Below are positions 28,544-37,529 of a DNA stretch of 64,000 nt, piece by piece. Source of the stretch: an uncultured Pelagibacteraceae bacterium (GTDB taxonomy: Bacteria > Pseudomonadota > Alphaproteobacteria > Pelagibacterales > Pelagibacteraceae). The translations under genes and the position numbers were made by a program. The DNA lies in assembly GCA_902626725.1 (NCBI GenBank), contig CACOGI010000004.1, forward strand, positions 3,481 to 67,480, in the 5' to 3' direction. The notes under the pieces were generated by a model that was not told the DNA's origin, made no database searches, and saw only the letters and a list, made by a program, of their open reading frames with translations. Every line of letters starts with the position of its first letter. Positions within the stretch are counted from its first letter, which is position 1.

Positions 28544-29644
28544 ATGAAAATTGAATTAGAAGATAAAAAGGTATTTTTTGAAAACCAGGGCTTAAAAAAA
28601 GAAATACATCCTTTTTGGTTAAGAGAGAGAGTTGCTGGAGACAGTTTCGTTGATAAAAAGACACAACAAAGACTATTTGATCCTACTGAACTAAACGAAA
28701 AAATTGAAATTGATACCTTAAACCTGTCAAAAAGTTACTTAGAAATTACCTTTAAAGATGGAGTGCATACTAAACTTGCAATACAAAACATATTAAAAGA
28801 ATTTTCAAATATAAATGATGTAAAGCATATTGAAAAAATAAAATGGGACTCCTCATTAAAAAATTTAAATATTTTTGAATTCAAGAATAAAATTTTTGAA
28901 GAGGAAGAAATGTATAAAGCTCTTATAAGCTTCTACAAATATGGTTTTGTGATATTTAAAAAAGTGCCTACTCAGAATAATTTTATAGTAAATTTTGCAA
29001 ATTCAATTGGAAGTATAAGAAGAACTAACTTTGGTGAATTTTTTAATGTTAAATCAAAACCAAACCCAAATGATTTAGCTTATACATCTTTGCCATTGGC
29101 TCCTCATACGGATAATCCCTATCGAAATCCAGTTCCATGTATACAGTTGTTACATTGTATTGAAAATGAGGTTAATGGAGGTTTATCAACTTTAGTCGAT
29201 GGTTTTACTGTTACTGAAAAATTAAAAGAAGATTTTAGAGATTATTATAAAATTTTAACTGAAATAAAAGTAAGATTCCAATTTATAGATCAAAGTATAG
29301 TTTTAGAAGATTGGTCAGAAATGATTCAGCTTGATGAACTTGGAAAGTTTAAACAAGTAAGATTTAGTCCTAGATTAGATTTTGTGCCTTTGATGGACAA
29401 AGATAAGTTAGAATTATTTTACTCAGCTAGAAAAAAAATATCTGAGCTTTATAATTCAGATTTATTTAGAATAGAGTTCAAACTTCAACCAGGTGATTTA
29501 CTCATGATGGATAATCATAGATTGCTTCATGGCAGAACCACTTATAATGCTAATGAGGGAAAACGTTTTCTGCAAGGTTGTTATATAGATTATGATAGTA
29601 CAGAAGGAAAGTTAAAACACCTTAAGAGAAAATTTAATTTGTAA
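28544..29644 (+). CDS. Fe(II)/2-oxoglutarate dioxygenase, gamma-butyrobetaine hydroxylase-like
   Basis: WLRE..QRL N-terminal domain, LAYT..L.PHTDNPY (HxD), VDGF, DNHRLLHGR, R.LQGCY. Confidence 0.85.
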   Translation: MKIELEDKKVFFENQGLKKEIHPFWLRERVAGDSFVDKKTQQRLFDPTELNEKIEIDTLNLSKSYLEITFKDGVHTKLAIQNILKEFSNINDVKHIEKIKWDSSLKNLNIFEFKNKIFEEEEMYKALISFYKYGFVIFKKVPTQNNFIVNFANSIGSIRRTNFGEFFNVKSKPNPNDLAYTSLPLAPHTDNPYRNPVPCIQLLHCIENEVNGGLSTLVDGFTVTEKLKEDFRDYYKILTEIKVRFQFIDQSIVLEDWSEMIQLDELGKFKQVRFSPRLDFVPLMDKDKLELFYSARKKISELYNSDLFRIEFKLQPGDLLMMDNHRLLHGRTTYNANEGKRFLQGCYIDYDSTEGKLKHLKRKFNL

Positions 29645-29683
29645 AGTATATCCAACCTATAATCATATATTTTTTTCCATAAT

Positions 29684-30265
29684 TTATTTAATATTAGAAA
29701 TTTGAGCCTCAGCATCGATTATAGATTTCTCATAATCTAAAGCCATTTGATCTGCGCTTATAGTATCAATTTTTTCAATTCCAAAAAAATTTAATAAAAA
29801 TTTTAGCCACGGAGTGAGAAAATCCTCTTTACCATTTAATTTTGTTCCGCCAGAAGTTATTACTAAAAAAGCTCTTTTATTACTTAGTAAGCCTTGTCTT
29901 CTACCATTTGGTTTAAATTTAAATGTTTCACCCACTCTTGCCACAAGATCTGACCAAGCCTTAAGTGTTGCCGGAGGACCATAATTGTAAATTGGAGCCG
30001 ATATTATTATTATATCACTTTCTTTTAATTCCTTGACTAATTGATTTGAAAGCTCGAACATTTTTTTATGATTTTCATTTTGATCTTTCTCTTTAATATT
30101 CATTCCAGACTCGGTTAGCCCAGATACAAAAACCATTTCGTCATTTAAATCTCTATAAATTATCTCATCATTTGGTTTTTTAATTTTATCTAACAATTTT
30201 TTCGCTAAAGCTCTTGATGTTGAGCCTTCTTTTCTAGCACTGGAGTCTATTTGATAAATCTTCAT
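29684..30265 (-). CDS. azoR: FMN-dependent NADH-azoreductase
   Basis: SSAR...STSR, APIYNYG, LKAW.D..ARVGETF, TSGG. Confidence 0.85.
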   Translation of the reverse strand: MKIYQIDSSARKEGSTSRALAKKLLDKIKKPNDEIIYRDLNDEMVFVSGLTESGMNIKEKDQNENHKKMFELSNQLVKELKESDIIIISAPIYNYGPPATLKAWSDLVARVGETFKFKPNGRRQGLLSNKRAFLVITSGGTKLNGKEDFLTPWLKFLLNFFGIEKIDTISADQMALDYEKSIIDAEAQISNIK

Positions 30266-30273
30266 ATTTAAAC

Positions 30274-30981
30274 TTACCCAAATTTTTGTAAAAATGGAAA
30301 AATATTTAATAAATAATAGCCTAAAGCTTGTAATTGGTTGGTTATTATTAAAATACCGGTAATTAATAAAATAATTCCACCAGTTTTTGAGACTAAATTA
30401 ATATTTTTTTTAAAATTTTTTGAAAAAATTAAGAACCTTTGAATGAGATATCCTGAAAGTATAAATGGTAAAGCTAAACCTATAGAGTAAAGTGCTAGAA
30501 GTAAAATACCTTTATTAATACTTTCTTCTGTTGCAGCAAGAACTAGTATAGAGCCTAGAATTGGACCAATGCAGGGTGTCCAGCCAAAAGCAAATGCCAT
30601 CCCTATAATGATAGGGCTATAAAAATTTTTACTTATCTTCGCTTCAACTCTTTTTTCAAAATTTAAAAATTTGATATTTATAAACCCAATTATATGAAGT
30701 GAAAGTAAAATTATTATTAAACCGGCAATAATTCTGAGCTCATAAGAGTTCTGAAGTAAAACCTGTCCTAAAAATGTTGAGGCTGCTCCAAAAACTATAA
30801 AAACGATAGAAAATCCAACTGTAAATAAGATAATTGGAATTAAATTTATATTTTTTTTTTCAATCAAATCATTTAATGAACTACCAGAAATATAAGAAAT
30901 ATACCCTGGAATTAAAGGTAGTACACAAGGTGACAAAAAACTTATTAAACCAGCTCCAAATGCAATAACTAGTTCGATCAT
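30274..30981 (-). CDS. ccdA: Cytochrome c biogenesis disulfide reductase CcdA
   Basis: SFLSPCVLPLIP and GWTPCIGPIL. Confidence 0.9.
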   Translation of the reverse strand: MIELVIAFGAGLISFLSPCVLPLIPGYISYISGSSLNDLIEKKNINLIPIILFTVGFSIVFIVFGAASTFLGQVLLQNSYELRIIAGLIIILLSLHIIGFINIKFLNFEKRVEAKISKNFYSPIIIGMAFAFGWTPCIGPILGSILVLAATEESINKGILLLALYSIGLALPFILSGYLIQRFLIFSKNFKKNINLVSKTGGIILLITGILIITNQLQALGYYLLNIFPFLQKFG

Positions 30982-30994
30982 TTGTTAATTTTTT

Positions 30995-32437
30995 TTATCC
31001 TTTTAAGCCTAAGTGTGTGTACTTAATGTTTAGATAGTCTTTGATCGCCATAGACCCACCTTCTCTTCCATACCCCGATTGTTTTATTCCACCAAATGGT
31101 GCTTCAGCTATCGCAACCAATGGAGTGTTCACAGCAACTGTTCCTGTCTCCATTAACTCAGAAGCTTTATGAGCTTTTTCCATTGAATTAGTACAAATAT
31201 AACTCGATAGACCAAGTTCGTGATTATTTGCTCTTTCAATAACTTCATCAAATGTTTTGAAGGATAACATTGGTACCAATGGGCCAAACGGTTCTGTTTT
31301 CATTATAGTATAATCATCTTTTACATTATCAAACACTGTGGGCTCATAAAAAAAACCTTTGTTGAATCCTTGAGGTCGTTTCCCTCCTGTTAAAACTTTT
31401 GCTCCCTCTTTTTTAGTTGTTTCAACCAATTCTTCAATTTCATTTAATCTTTTTTTAGTAGTTAGAGGACCAAGTTGAACTGATGGATCCATTCCGTCCC
31501 CAATCTTTAATTTATTAGTTTTTTCAACAAACAAATTAACAAACTCATCTTTTTTATTTTCTTGAATGTAAAATCTATTTGGTGAAATACAAACCTGTCC
31601 ATTATTTCTGAACTTAGCAGCTATTGCCATTTCAGCAGCCTTTTTAATATCTGCATCATCAAAAACTATAAAGGGTGAGTGCCCACTCAATTCCATTGTT
31701 ACTCTCTGGACTTTATCAGCTGCTTGTTTTAAAATTAATTTTCCAACTCTCGATGATCCTGTAATTGAAATCTTTTTAACAATATCAGATGCAATGAGTT
31801 GTTGTGCGATACTTGGTGGGTCTCCTGACAAAAGATTTACTACACCTGGTGGCACTCCACATTCTCTACAAATATCTACCATCTCCATAACTACGCCTGG
31901 GGTAATAACGTCTGGTTTAATTATCACCGAGCAGCCAGCTGCTAATGCTGTTGAAATTTTTCTTGCAGACAAAACTGCAGGAAAGTTCCATGGCGACAGG
32001 GCAGCAACTACACCTACAGGCTGGTAATAAACATGCACTCTAGTATTCTCAAATCTACTTTCTACAGTTTGTCCATAAATTCTTTTTGTTTCTTCAGCAT
32101 TCCATTCAAAAATATCTGCTGCTCCATTAATTTCGCCTTTTGCTTCAACCAATGGTTTTCCAACTTCGAGTGTCATCCATTTTGCTAGAACATCTTGTTT
32201 TTCTCTCATCTTGTCTGCTATTTTTCTAATAGTGTAAGATCTTTGCCATGGTGATGTTTTTTTCCAGACCTCTAGTCCTTTAGCAGCAGATCTTAATGCT
32301 GCATCCACATCTTTTGGTGTTGCTTTAGATGCTTTACCTAAAACTTCCTCATTTGCAGGATTTATTACCTCGTACGTTGCTTTATCTGATGATTGTTGCC
32401 ATTTACCGTTGATAAATTGTCCAAATTTTTCGTACAT
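30995..32437 (-). CDS. gabD: NAD(P)-dependent succinate-semialdehyde dehydrogenase-like ALDH
   Basis: PWNFP, ITGS, MELSG, KFRNNGQVC, EPFGP, PFGGIKQSGYGREG. Exact substrate uncertain. Confidence 0.78.
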   Translation of the reverse strand: MYEKFGQFINGKWQQSSDKATYEVINPANEEVLGKASKATPKDVDAALRSAAKGLEVWKKTSPWQRSYTIRKIADKMREKQDVLAKWMTLEVGKPLVEAKGEINGAADIFEWNAEETKRIYGQTVESRFENTRVHVYYQPVGVVAALSPWNFPAVLSARKISTALAAGCSVIIKPDVITPGVVMEMVDICRECGVPPGVVNLLSGDPPSIAQQLIASDIVKKISITGSSRVGKLILKQAADKVQRVTMELSGHSPFIVFDDADIKKAAEMAIAAKFRNNGQVCISPNRFYIQENKKDEFVNLFVEKTNKLKIGDGMDPSVQLGPLTTKKRLNEIEELVETTKKEGAKVLTGGKRPQGFNKGFFYEPTVFDNVKDDYTIMKTEPFGPLVPMLSFKTFDEVIERANNHELGLSSYICTNSMEKAHKASELMETGTVAVNTPLVAIAEAPFGGIKQSGYGREGGSMAIKDYLNIKYTHLGLKG

Positions 32438-32539
32438 TATTTAACTTAGCATTACTATAAGTTGTGTCTACTGTGTAATTTTTGCATGTTAAATAATTGA
32501 CTTTTCATGATAGCCTTAATTTATAGAAAGGAGTTACTA

Positions 32540-32857
32540 ATGAAAGCATACATAATGGGAAATTATACTGCAAAAGCTTTCCAAGGATTTCTTAAAGATC
32601 CAGCAAGTGATAGAAAAGCTGTGGTAAAACAACTTACTGAAGCAATGGGTGGTCAAATGCATAGCATGGATATTGTAAGAGGATCTTATGACTTTATAGT
32701 TGTAACAGATGTACCAAGCTTTGACGATTTTGCTGCTATTAAGCTAGTAGTAGAAGCTTCGGGTGCAGTTGAAAATCTAACAATGTTAGAAGCTATAGAT
32801 TTTGGTAAAGCTACAGCTAAAGCAAGTAAAATTGGTTACAAAGCGCCAGGACAATAA
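32540..32857 (+). CDS. GYD-domain (dimeric alpha/beta barrel) protein
   Basis: YTAKAFQG..DR...MGG...GSYDF...ASGAV pattern. ATG 32540 after SD AAGGAG. Confidence 0.75.
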   Translation: MKAYIMGNYTAKAFQGFLKDPASDRKAVVKQLTEAMGGQMHSMDIVRGSYDFIVVTDVPSFDDFAAIKLVVEASGAVENLTMLEAIDFGKATAKASKIGYKAPGQ

Positions 32858-32872
32858 GAAAAGTTTGAAAAG

Positions 32873-32902
32873 ATTACTTCCAGTAGCGGACTGGAGTAAT
32901 TT
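32873..32902 (+). terminator. Hairpin/terminator after the GYD gene
   Basis: ATTAC(T)TCCAGT-agcgg-ACTGGAGTAAT, one bulge, short T tail. Confidence 0.6.
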
Positions 32903-32946
32903 CATAATTGATGCATGTTAAATTTTAATGTGCTATCATTTTTTAA

Positions 32947-33939
32947 ATGCAAGCTTTAAAAGATTCTTTTGGAAGATCGTTTCCATATATAAGATTATCA
33001 ATAACAGATGTCTGTAACTTTAAATGTGGTTACTGCTTACCTAATGGTTATCAGGTTGATAAAAGTGATAATAGAAAATTTCTTCATTTAGAAGAAATAA
33101 AACGGTTAGCTAAAGTTTTTTCTAGATTAGGAGTATCTAAAATAAGACTTACTGGTGGGGAGCCAACAGTAAGAAAAGATTTTTTTGATGTTATAAAGAT
33201 TTTAAAAAATGAAGCTGACATTAAAAAAGTCGTAATTACAACAAATGGCTATCATTTAGATAAAAAAGCCAAAAAGTTGGTCGAGAGTGGTATTAACGGA
33301 GTAAATATTAGCATTGATAGCCTCGATAGAAATATCTTTAGAAATATCACAGGTCATGATCGTTTGCCAGAAATTTTAAAAGGAATTAAAAATCTCCAAG
33401 AATTAAATTTTGATAACATTAAAATAAATGCTGTTCTCTTAAATAACATAAATGCGAGTGAAAAAGATTTTAATAATTGGGCAGAATTTATAAAAAAAAA
33501 TAAAGTTGATTTTAGGCATATTGAGCTAATGAGAACTGGAGATAATTTAGACTATTTTAATAAATATCACGTATCCTCAAAAATTTTTAAAGATTACCTG
33601 AATAAAAATAAATGGATTTATCAAACATTTGGTAAAGATGCAGGACCATCTCTTAATTATATCAATCCAAAATACAAAGGGAAATTTGGAATTATAGCTC
33701 CATACTCTAAAGGTTTTTGTAGAACTTGTAATCGTTTAAGAATTACTTCAAGGGGGGATCTGAGATTATGCTTGTTTGGTAATACAGGAATAAGTATTAG
33801 ACACTTGTTACAAAAAGATGATCAAATCGATGAATTACAAGATCTTATTCTTGGTCAAATGAAATTTAAAAAAGAGTCTCATTATTTAGAGCTTGGAGAA
33901 ACAGGTTTAACTAAGAATTTATCAACAACAGGTGGTTAA
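32947..33939 (+). CDS. moaA: GTP 3',8-cyclase
   Basis: CNFKCGYC radical SAM motif, LTGGEP, FCRTCNRLR..CL, C-terminal GG. Confidence 0.96.
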   Translation: MQALKDSFGRSFPYIRLSITDVCNFKCGYCLPNGYQVDKSDNRKFLHLEEIKRLAKVFSRLGVSKIRLTGGEPTVRKDFFDVIKILKNEADIKKVVITTNGYHLDKKAKKLVESGINGVNISIDSLDRNIFRNITGHDRLPEILKGIKNLQELNFDNIKINAVLLNNINASEKDFNNWAEFIKKNKVDFRHIELMRTGDNLDYFNKYHVSSKIFKDYLNKNKWIYQTFGKDAGPSLNYINPKYKGKFGIIAPYSKGFCRTCNRLRITSRGDLRLCLFGNTGISIRHLLQKDDQIDELQDLILGQMKFKKESHYLELGETGLTKNLSTTGG

Positions 33940-34484
33940 TGACAAAATTAAAAGTTATAAATCATAAAGAACTGAAAGATTGGGCTAAGGAGATATTTCA
34001 GAAGAATTCTTTTAATATGGTGGATGTTTCGTCAAAGAAAGAAACATTTAGAAGAGCATTAGCATCAGGGAAAATTTATGTTGGAAAAGAAGTCTTTGAT
34101 TTAATTAAGAATAACGAAATGCCAAAAGGAGATCCTGTTACTTTAGCTGAAATATCGGCTGTATTAGGAGTTAAAAAAACAAGTGAGCTAATTCCTTTAT
34201 GTCACCCAATTCCAATTGATCATACTGCAACAAAAATAATTATGAATGAAGTTGATAATTCATTAGAAGTTTTTTGTGTTGTGTCAGCAGTAGCTAAAAC
34301 AGGTGTAGAAATGGAAGCTATTATGGGCGTGAATGCTGCATTAATAACAATTTATGATTTAAGTAAAATAATAAATCCACATCTTAAAATAGATAACGTG
34401 AAGTTATTAATTAAAGAAGGTGGAAAAAGTGGATTATGGACTAATCCAGATGGATTGCCTGAATTTTTAAATAATATATTTTAA
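33939..34484 (+). CDS. moaC: Cyclic pyranopterin monophosphate synthase
   Basis: MVDVS, KGD, LIPLCHP, TGVEMEA, IYD, KEGGKSG. Confidence 0.95.
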   Translation: MTKLKVINHKELKDWAKEIFQKNSFNMVDVSSKKETFRRALASGKIYVGKEVFDLIKNNEMPKGDPVTLAEISAVLGVKKTSELIPLCHPIPIDHTATKIIMNEVDNSLEVFCVVSAVAKTGVEMEAIMGVNAALITIYDLSKIINPHLKIDNVKLLIKEGGKSGLWTNPDGLPEFLNNIF

Positions 34485-34490
34485 TTTCAC

Positions 34491-34961
34491 ATGTCCGTTT
34501 ATCTAAGCACTCAAAAAGTAATCAAAGACTGGATTGATTACAACGATCATATGAATGTTTCATATTATCTATTAATGTTTGATAAATATGGTGCGGATAC
34601 ATTAAATAATATTTTCAAGATGGGTGAGCACTCAGCAAAAACAACTAAGAAAAGTACAATGATTGTAGAGTCTCACATTACTTACAATCAAGAACTTCAA
34701 TTAAATGATGAAGTTGATATTAATTGTGTTTATTTTGATCACGATAAAAAACGACTTCAATATAAAATGGAAATGATTCACAAAGAAAAAAAATTTCTAG
34801 CCTCAACAATTGAAATTTTAGCTTTATATGTCGATCTTAATGAGAGAAAAGTTGCCGAATTTGAGGAAGAAAAAATAAAGATTATGGATGATTTTATTAA
34901 TAAAAATAAATCACAATTACATGATAAAAACTTAAAATTTTCTTCAAAATTAAAAAAATGA
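34491..34961 (+). CDS. Hot-dog fold acyl-CoA thioesterase (4HBT/CdhB-like)
   Basis: DWIDYNDHMNVSYY, ESHITY..EL, DKKRL, LYVDL. Confidence 0.8.
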   Translation: MSVYLSTQKVIKDWIDYNDHMNVSYYLLMFDKYGADTLNNIFKMGEHSAKTTKKSTMIVESHITYNQELQLNDEVDINCVYFDHDKKRLQYKMEMIHKEKKFLASTIEILALYVDLNERKVAEFEEEKIKIMDDFINKNKSQLHDKNLKFSSKLKK

Positions 34962-35227
34962 TAATTAAATTAGAATTATTTGGAGCTACTAGAGATTTTA
35001 GTGATAAAGACCACCTAGATCTTGATCTGCAAGATAAATCTTCGATAGGTGACTTACGAAATGAAATCATTAAGTATATAGAAAAAAATTTTCAAGGTAA
35101 TAAGAGCTTCATCAAAGTTGTTAAATCTTCAGCGTTTTGTTCTGAAAATAATGAAATAATTAGCGACAATTATAAAATCACAAAAGACCAAAAAATTGGT
35201 ATTATCCCTCCTATCGGAGGAGGTTAA
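34958..35227 (+). CDS. moaD: Molybdopterin synthase sulfur carrier
   Basis: LFG, C-terminal PPIGGG. Confidence 0.9.
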   Translation: MIIKLELFGATRDFSDKDHLDLDLQDKSSIGDLRNEIIKYIEKNFQGNKSFIKVVKSSAFCSENNEIISDNYKITKDQKIGIIPPIGGG

Positions 35228-35679
35228 TGCTTCATACAAAAATAGTAGACACTAAAAAAGAAAAGATACTTACTTCAAATGCTGAAAAATTTATTAAAGA
35301 TTATAAGTTTGGGGCATCAATTTATTTTTTAGGTACTGTCAGAAATATAAATGATAATAAGAAAGTTACAGGAATTACTTACGATAGTCATGATGAAATG
35401 GTGATCAAAAGCTTTGAAGAAATTTATAATGAAGCGGATCAAAAACTAGATATTAAAGATAAAGCTGTGTTTATTCAACATGCTAAAGGGTATCTCGACC
35501 TTGGTGAGATAAGCATAATTATCGCAGTTGCTTGCAAACATCGTGATCAAGCTTATGTGCTTTCTAGATATATAATAGAGGAGATCAAAAAAAGATCACC
35601 AATTTGGAAAAAAGAGCACTATGAAAATGAGGAAAGTGAATGGTTAGAAGGAAATCCATTAGTTAATGAAAAAATTTAA
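35227..35679 (+). CDS. moaE: Molybdopterin synthase catalytic subunit
   Basis: FLGTVR, HR, IKKRSPIWKKE. Confidence 0.93.
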   Translation: MLHTKIVDTKKEKILTSNAEKFIKDYKFGASIYFLGTVRNINDNKKVTGITYDSHDEMVIKSFEEIYNEADQKLDIKDKAVFIQHAKGYLDLGEISIIIAVACKHRDQAYVLSRYIIEEIKKRSPIWKKEHYENEESEWLEGNPLVNEKI

Positions 35680-36565
35680 GCACTCAGAAATTACTCCGGA
35701 AAAAATTTATAATAAAAGAAGATCTTTTATTAAATCTATGGGTTATGGTTTAGGTAGTATTGCTTTTAGTTCAGTACCTTTAATTAATGCTAAAGCAAGT
35801 AATTTAAATGAACCCACAAGTTATAAAGATATAACGACTTATAATAACTATTATGAATTTGGCACTGGTAAAGGCGATCCACATAGAAGAGCAAAGAATT
35901 TTACCACAAGACCCTGGAGTGTTATAATTGAGGGTGAAGTTGAAAAGCCATTAGAGCTCCCTATTGAAGAAATTTTAGCAATTAAATCTGAGGAAAGAAT
36001 TCTTAAACTTCGATGTGTTGAAGGTTGGTCTATGGTTATTCCATGGTTAGGTTTTTCATTGAGTGAATTACTTAATAAAGTACAAATTAAATCATCCGCA
36101 AAGTTTGTTGAATTTGAAACAGTTTATAATCCTGAAGAAATGGTTGGTCAAAGATATCCTGTTTTAAACTGGCCTTATATCGAAGGTCTTAGATTGGATG
36201 AAGCAATGCACCCTCTTACTACTGTTGTAACTGGTTTGTATGGAAAGCCTTTACCAAATCAAAATGGTGCACCTTTAAGAATATTCATTCCATGGAAGTA
36301 TGGTTTTAAAAGTGCAAAATCAATTGTTAAGATTAGATTAAAAAAAAATATGCCAAACACCGCTTGGAAAAATGCTTCCCCAAGAGAATATGGTTTTTAC
36401 TCAAATGTAAATCCTGAAGTTGATCATCCTAGATGGTCCCAAGCTACAGAAAGAGTAATTGGAGAGAGTATTTTAGCTCCAAGAATAAAAACTTTAATGT
36501 TTAATGGTTATGGGGATGAGGTCGCTCATCTTTATAGCGGTATGGACCTTAAAAAAAATTATTAA
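35666..36565 (+). CDS. msrP: Periplasmic methionine sulfoxide reductase catalytic subunit
   Basis: SEITP, Tat RRSF, YNNYYEFG, RCVEGWSMVIPW, QNGAP, PWKYGFKS, HPRWSQATER. Confidence 0.95.
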   Translation: MKKFKHSEITPEKIYNKRRSFIKSMGYGLGSIAFSSVPLINAKASNLNEPTSYKDITTYNNYYEFGTGKGDPHRRAKNFTTRPWSVIIEGEVEKPLELPIEEILAIKSEERILKLRCVEGWSMVIPWLGFSLSELLNKVQIKSSAKFVEFETVYNPEEMVGQRYPVLNWPYIEGLRLDEAMHPLTTVVTGLYGKPLPNQNGAPLRIFIPWKYGFKSAKSIVKIRLKKNMPNTAWKNASPREYGFYSNVNPEVDHPRWSQATERVIGESILAPRIKTLMFNGYGDEVAHLYSGMDLKKNY

Positions 36566-36571
36566 AATAAA

Positions 36572-37150
36572 TTGAGAAATTATTTCAAGCCTACTGTTTT
36601 TTTACTATCACTTTGGCCAATTTATATAATAGCCTATCAATTAATTTACAATAAATTAGGTCCTGAGCCTGTTGATAGGATTATAAATCATTTTGGAGAA
36701 TGGACTTTAATATTTGTACTTTTAACTCTTTCAATGACACCTCTTAGGAAAATTACTAATTCTTTGGAATGGATAAAATTTAGAAGGATGCTTGGTTTGT
36801 TTGCTTTTTTTTATGCTTCAATTCATATGCTTAGTTATGTTGGCCTAGATTATAGATTTGATTTTGAACCATTGATTGATGATGTTTTAAAGAAAAAATT
36901 TATTTTTATAGGTTTTTCCGCATGGTTATTACTAATTCCTTTGGCAATAACTTCATCAGATAAAATGGTCAGAATTTTAAAAAAAAATTGGAAAAAACTT
37001 CATCAATTAATTTATGTAATTTCAATTTTTGGAGTTTTGCACTTTATTTGGTTGTCAAAAACAATATTTTTTAAACCATTAATTTTTTTGATTATCTTGA
37101 TTATTCTTCTATTATTTAGAATAAATTTTAAGAAATTTAATTTATCGTAG
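36572..37150 (+). CDS. msrQ: Methionine sulfoxide reductase heme-binding membrane subunit
   Basis: RRMLGL..FFY..H, LAITS, WKKLHQLIY..H. Directly after msrP. Confidence 0.92.
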   Translation: MRNYFKPTVFLLSLWPIYIIAYQLIYNKLGPEPVDRIINHFGEWTLIFVLLTLSMTPLRKITNSLEWIKFRRMLGLFAFFYASIHMLSYVGLDYRFDFEPLIDDVLKKKFIFIGFSAWLLLIPLAITSSDKMVRILKKNWKKLHQLIYVISIFGVLHFIWLSKTIFFKPLIFLIILIILLLFRINFKKFNLS

Positions 37151-37484
37151 TATCTTCAGGTATACAAATCTCAGATCTTGTTAAAAATCTTCTTCCAGTG
37201 CCATTGTCTAATGAAAACATTCCACCCATTCCCTCAACACAATCAATAATTAAGTCTGTATTTTTCCAAGCTGTGTGTTGAGTTTCACTAATATAAAAAG
37301 GTATACCACCTATTTCACCAATCATTACATCATCTTGACCAACTTGATATTCTTTTGCTGGATAACACATTGGAGCACTACCGTCACAACATCCACCTGA
37401 TTGATGAAATAATAATTCTTTACCGTGATTCTTTTTTAATTCTTCTATTAAATCTAATGCTGAAGGTGTTGCTGTAACTTTCAT
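37137..37484 (-). CDS. DUF779 family protein
   Basis: FHQSGGCCDGSAPMCYP, FSL..G.RFLTRS. Typical neighbour of aldB. Confidence 0.88.
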   Translation of the reverse strand: MKVTATPSALDLIEELKKNHGKELLFHQSGGCCDGSAPMCYPAKEYQVGQDDVMIGEIGGIPFYISETQHTAWKNTDLIIDCVEGMGGMFSLDNGTGRRFLTRSEICIPEDTTIN

Positions 37485-37490
37485 ATTTAT

Positions 37491-37516
37491 ATGGCCCGTA
37501 ATTTATTACGGGCCAT
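37491..37516. terminator. Perfect inverted repeat (stem-loop) between aldB and DUF779
   Basis: ATGGCCCGTAAT-tt-ATTACGGGCCAT. No U tract on the sense (minus) strand. Confidence 0.6.
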
Positions 37517-37529
37517 TATAATATATCTA

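Larger units (their letters stand above)
32476..32923. repeat. 19-bp imperfect direct repeat pair bracketing the GYD gene
   Basis: TAATTttTGCATGTTAAAT (32476-32494) and TAATTgaTGCATGTTAAAT (32905-32923), 17/19 identical. Confidence 0.7.

Noticed and set aside
32858-32946. Moco riboswitch upstream of moaA
   Set aside because: Spacer is too short and contains only one simple hairpin.
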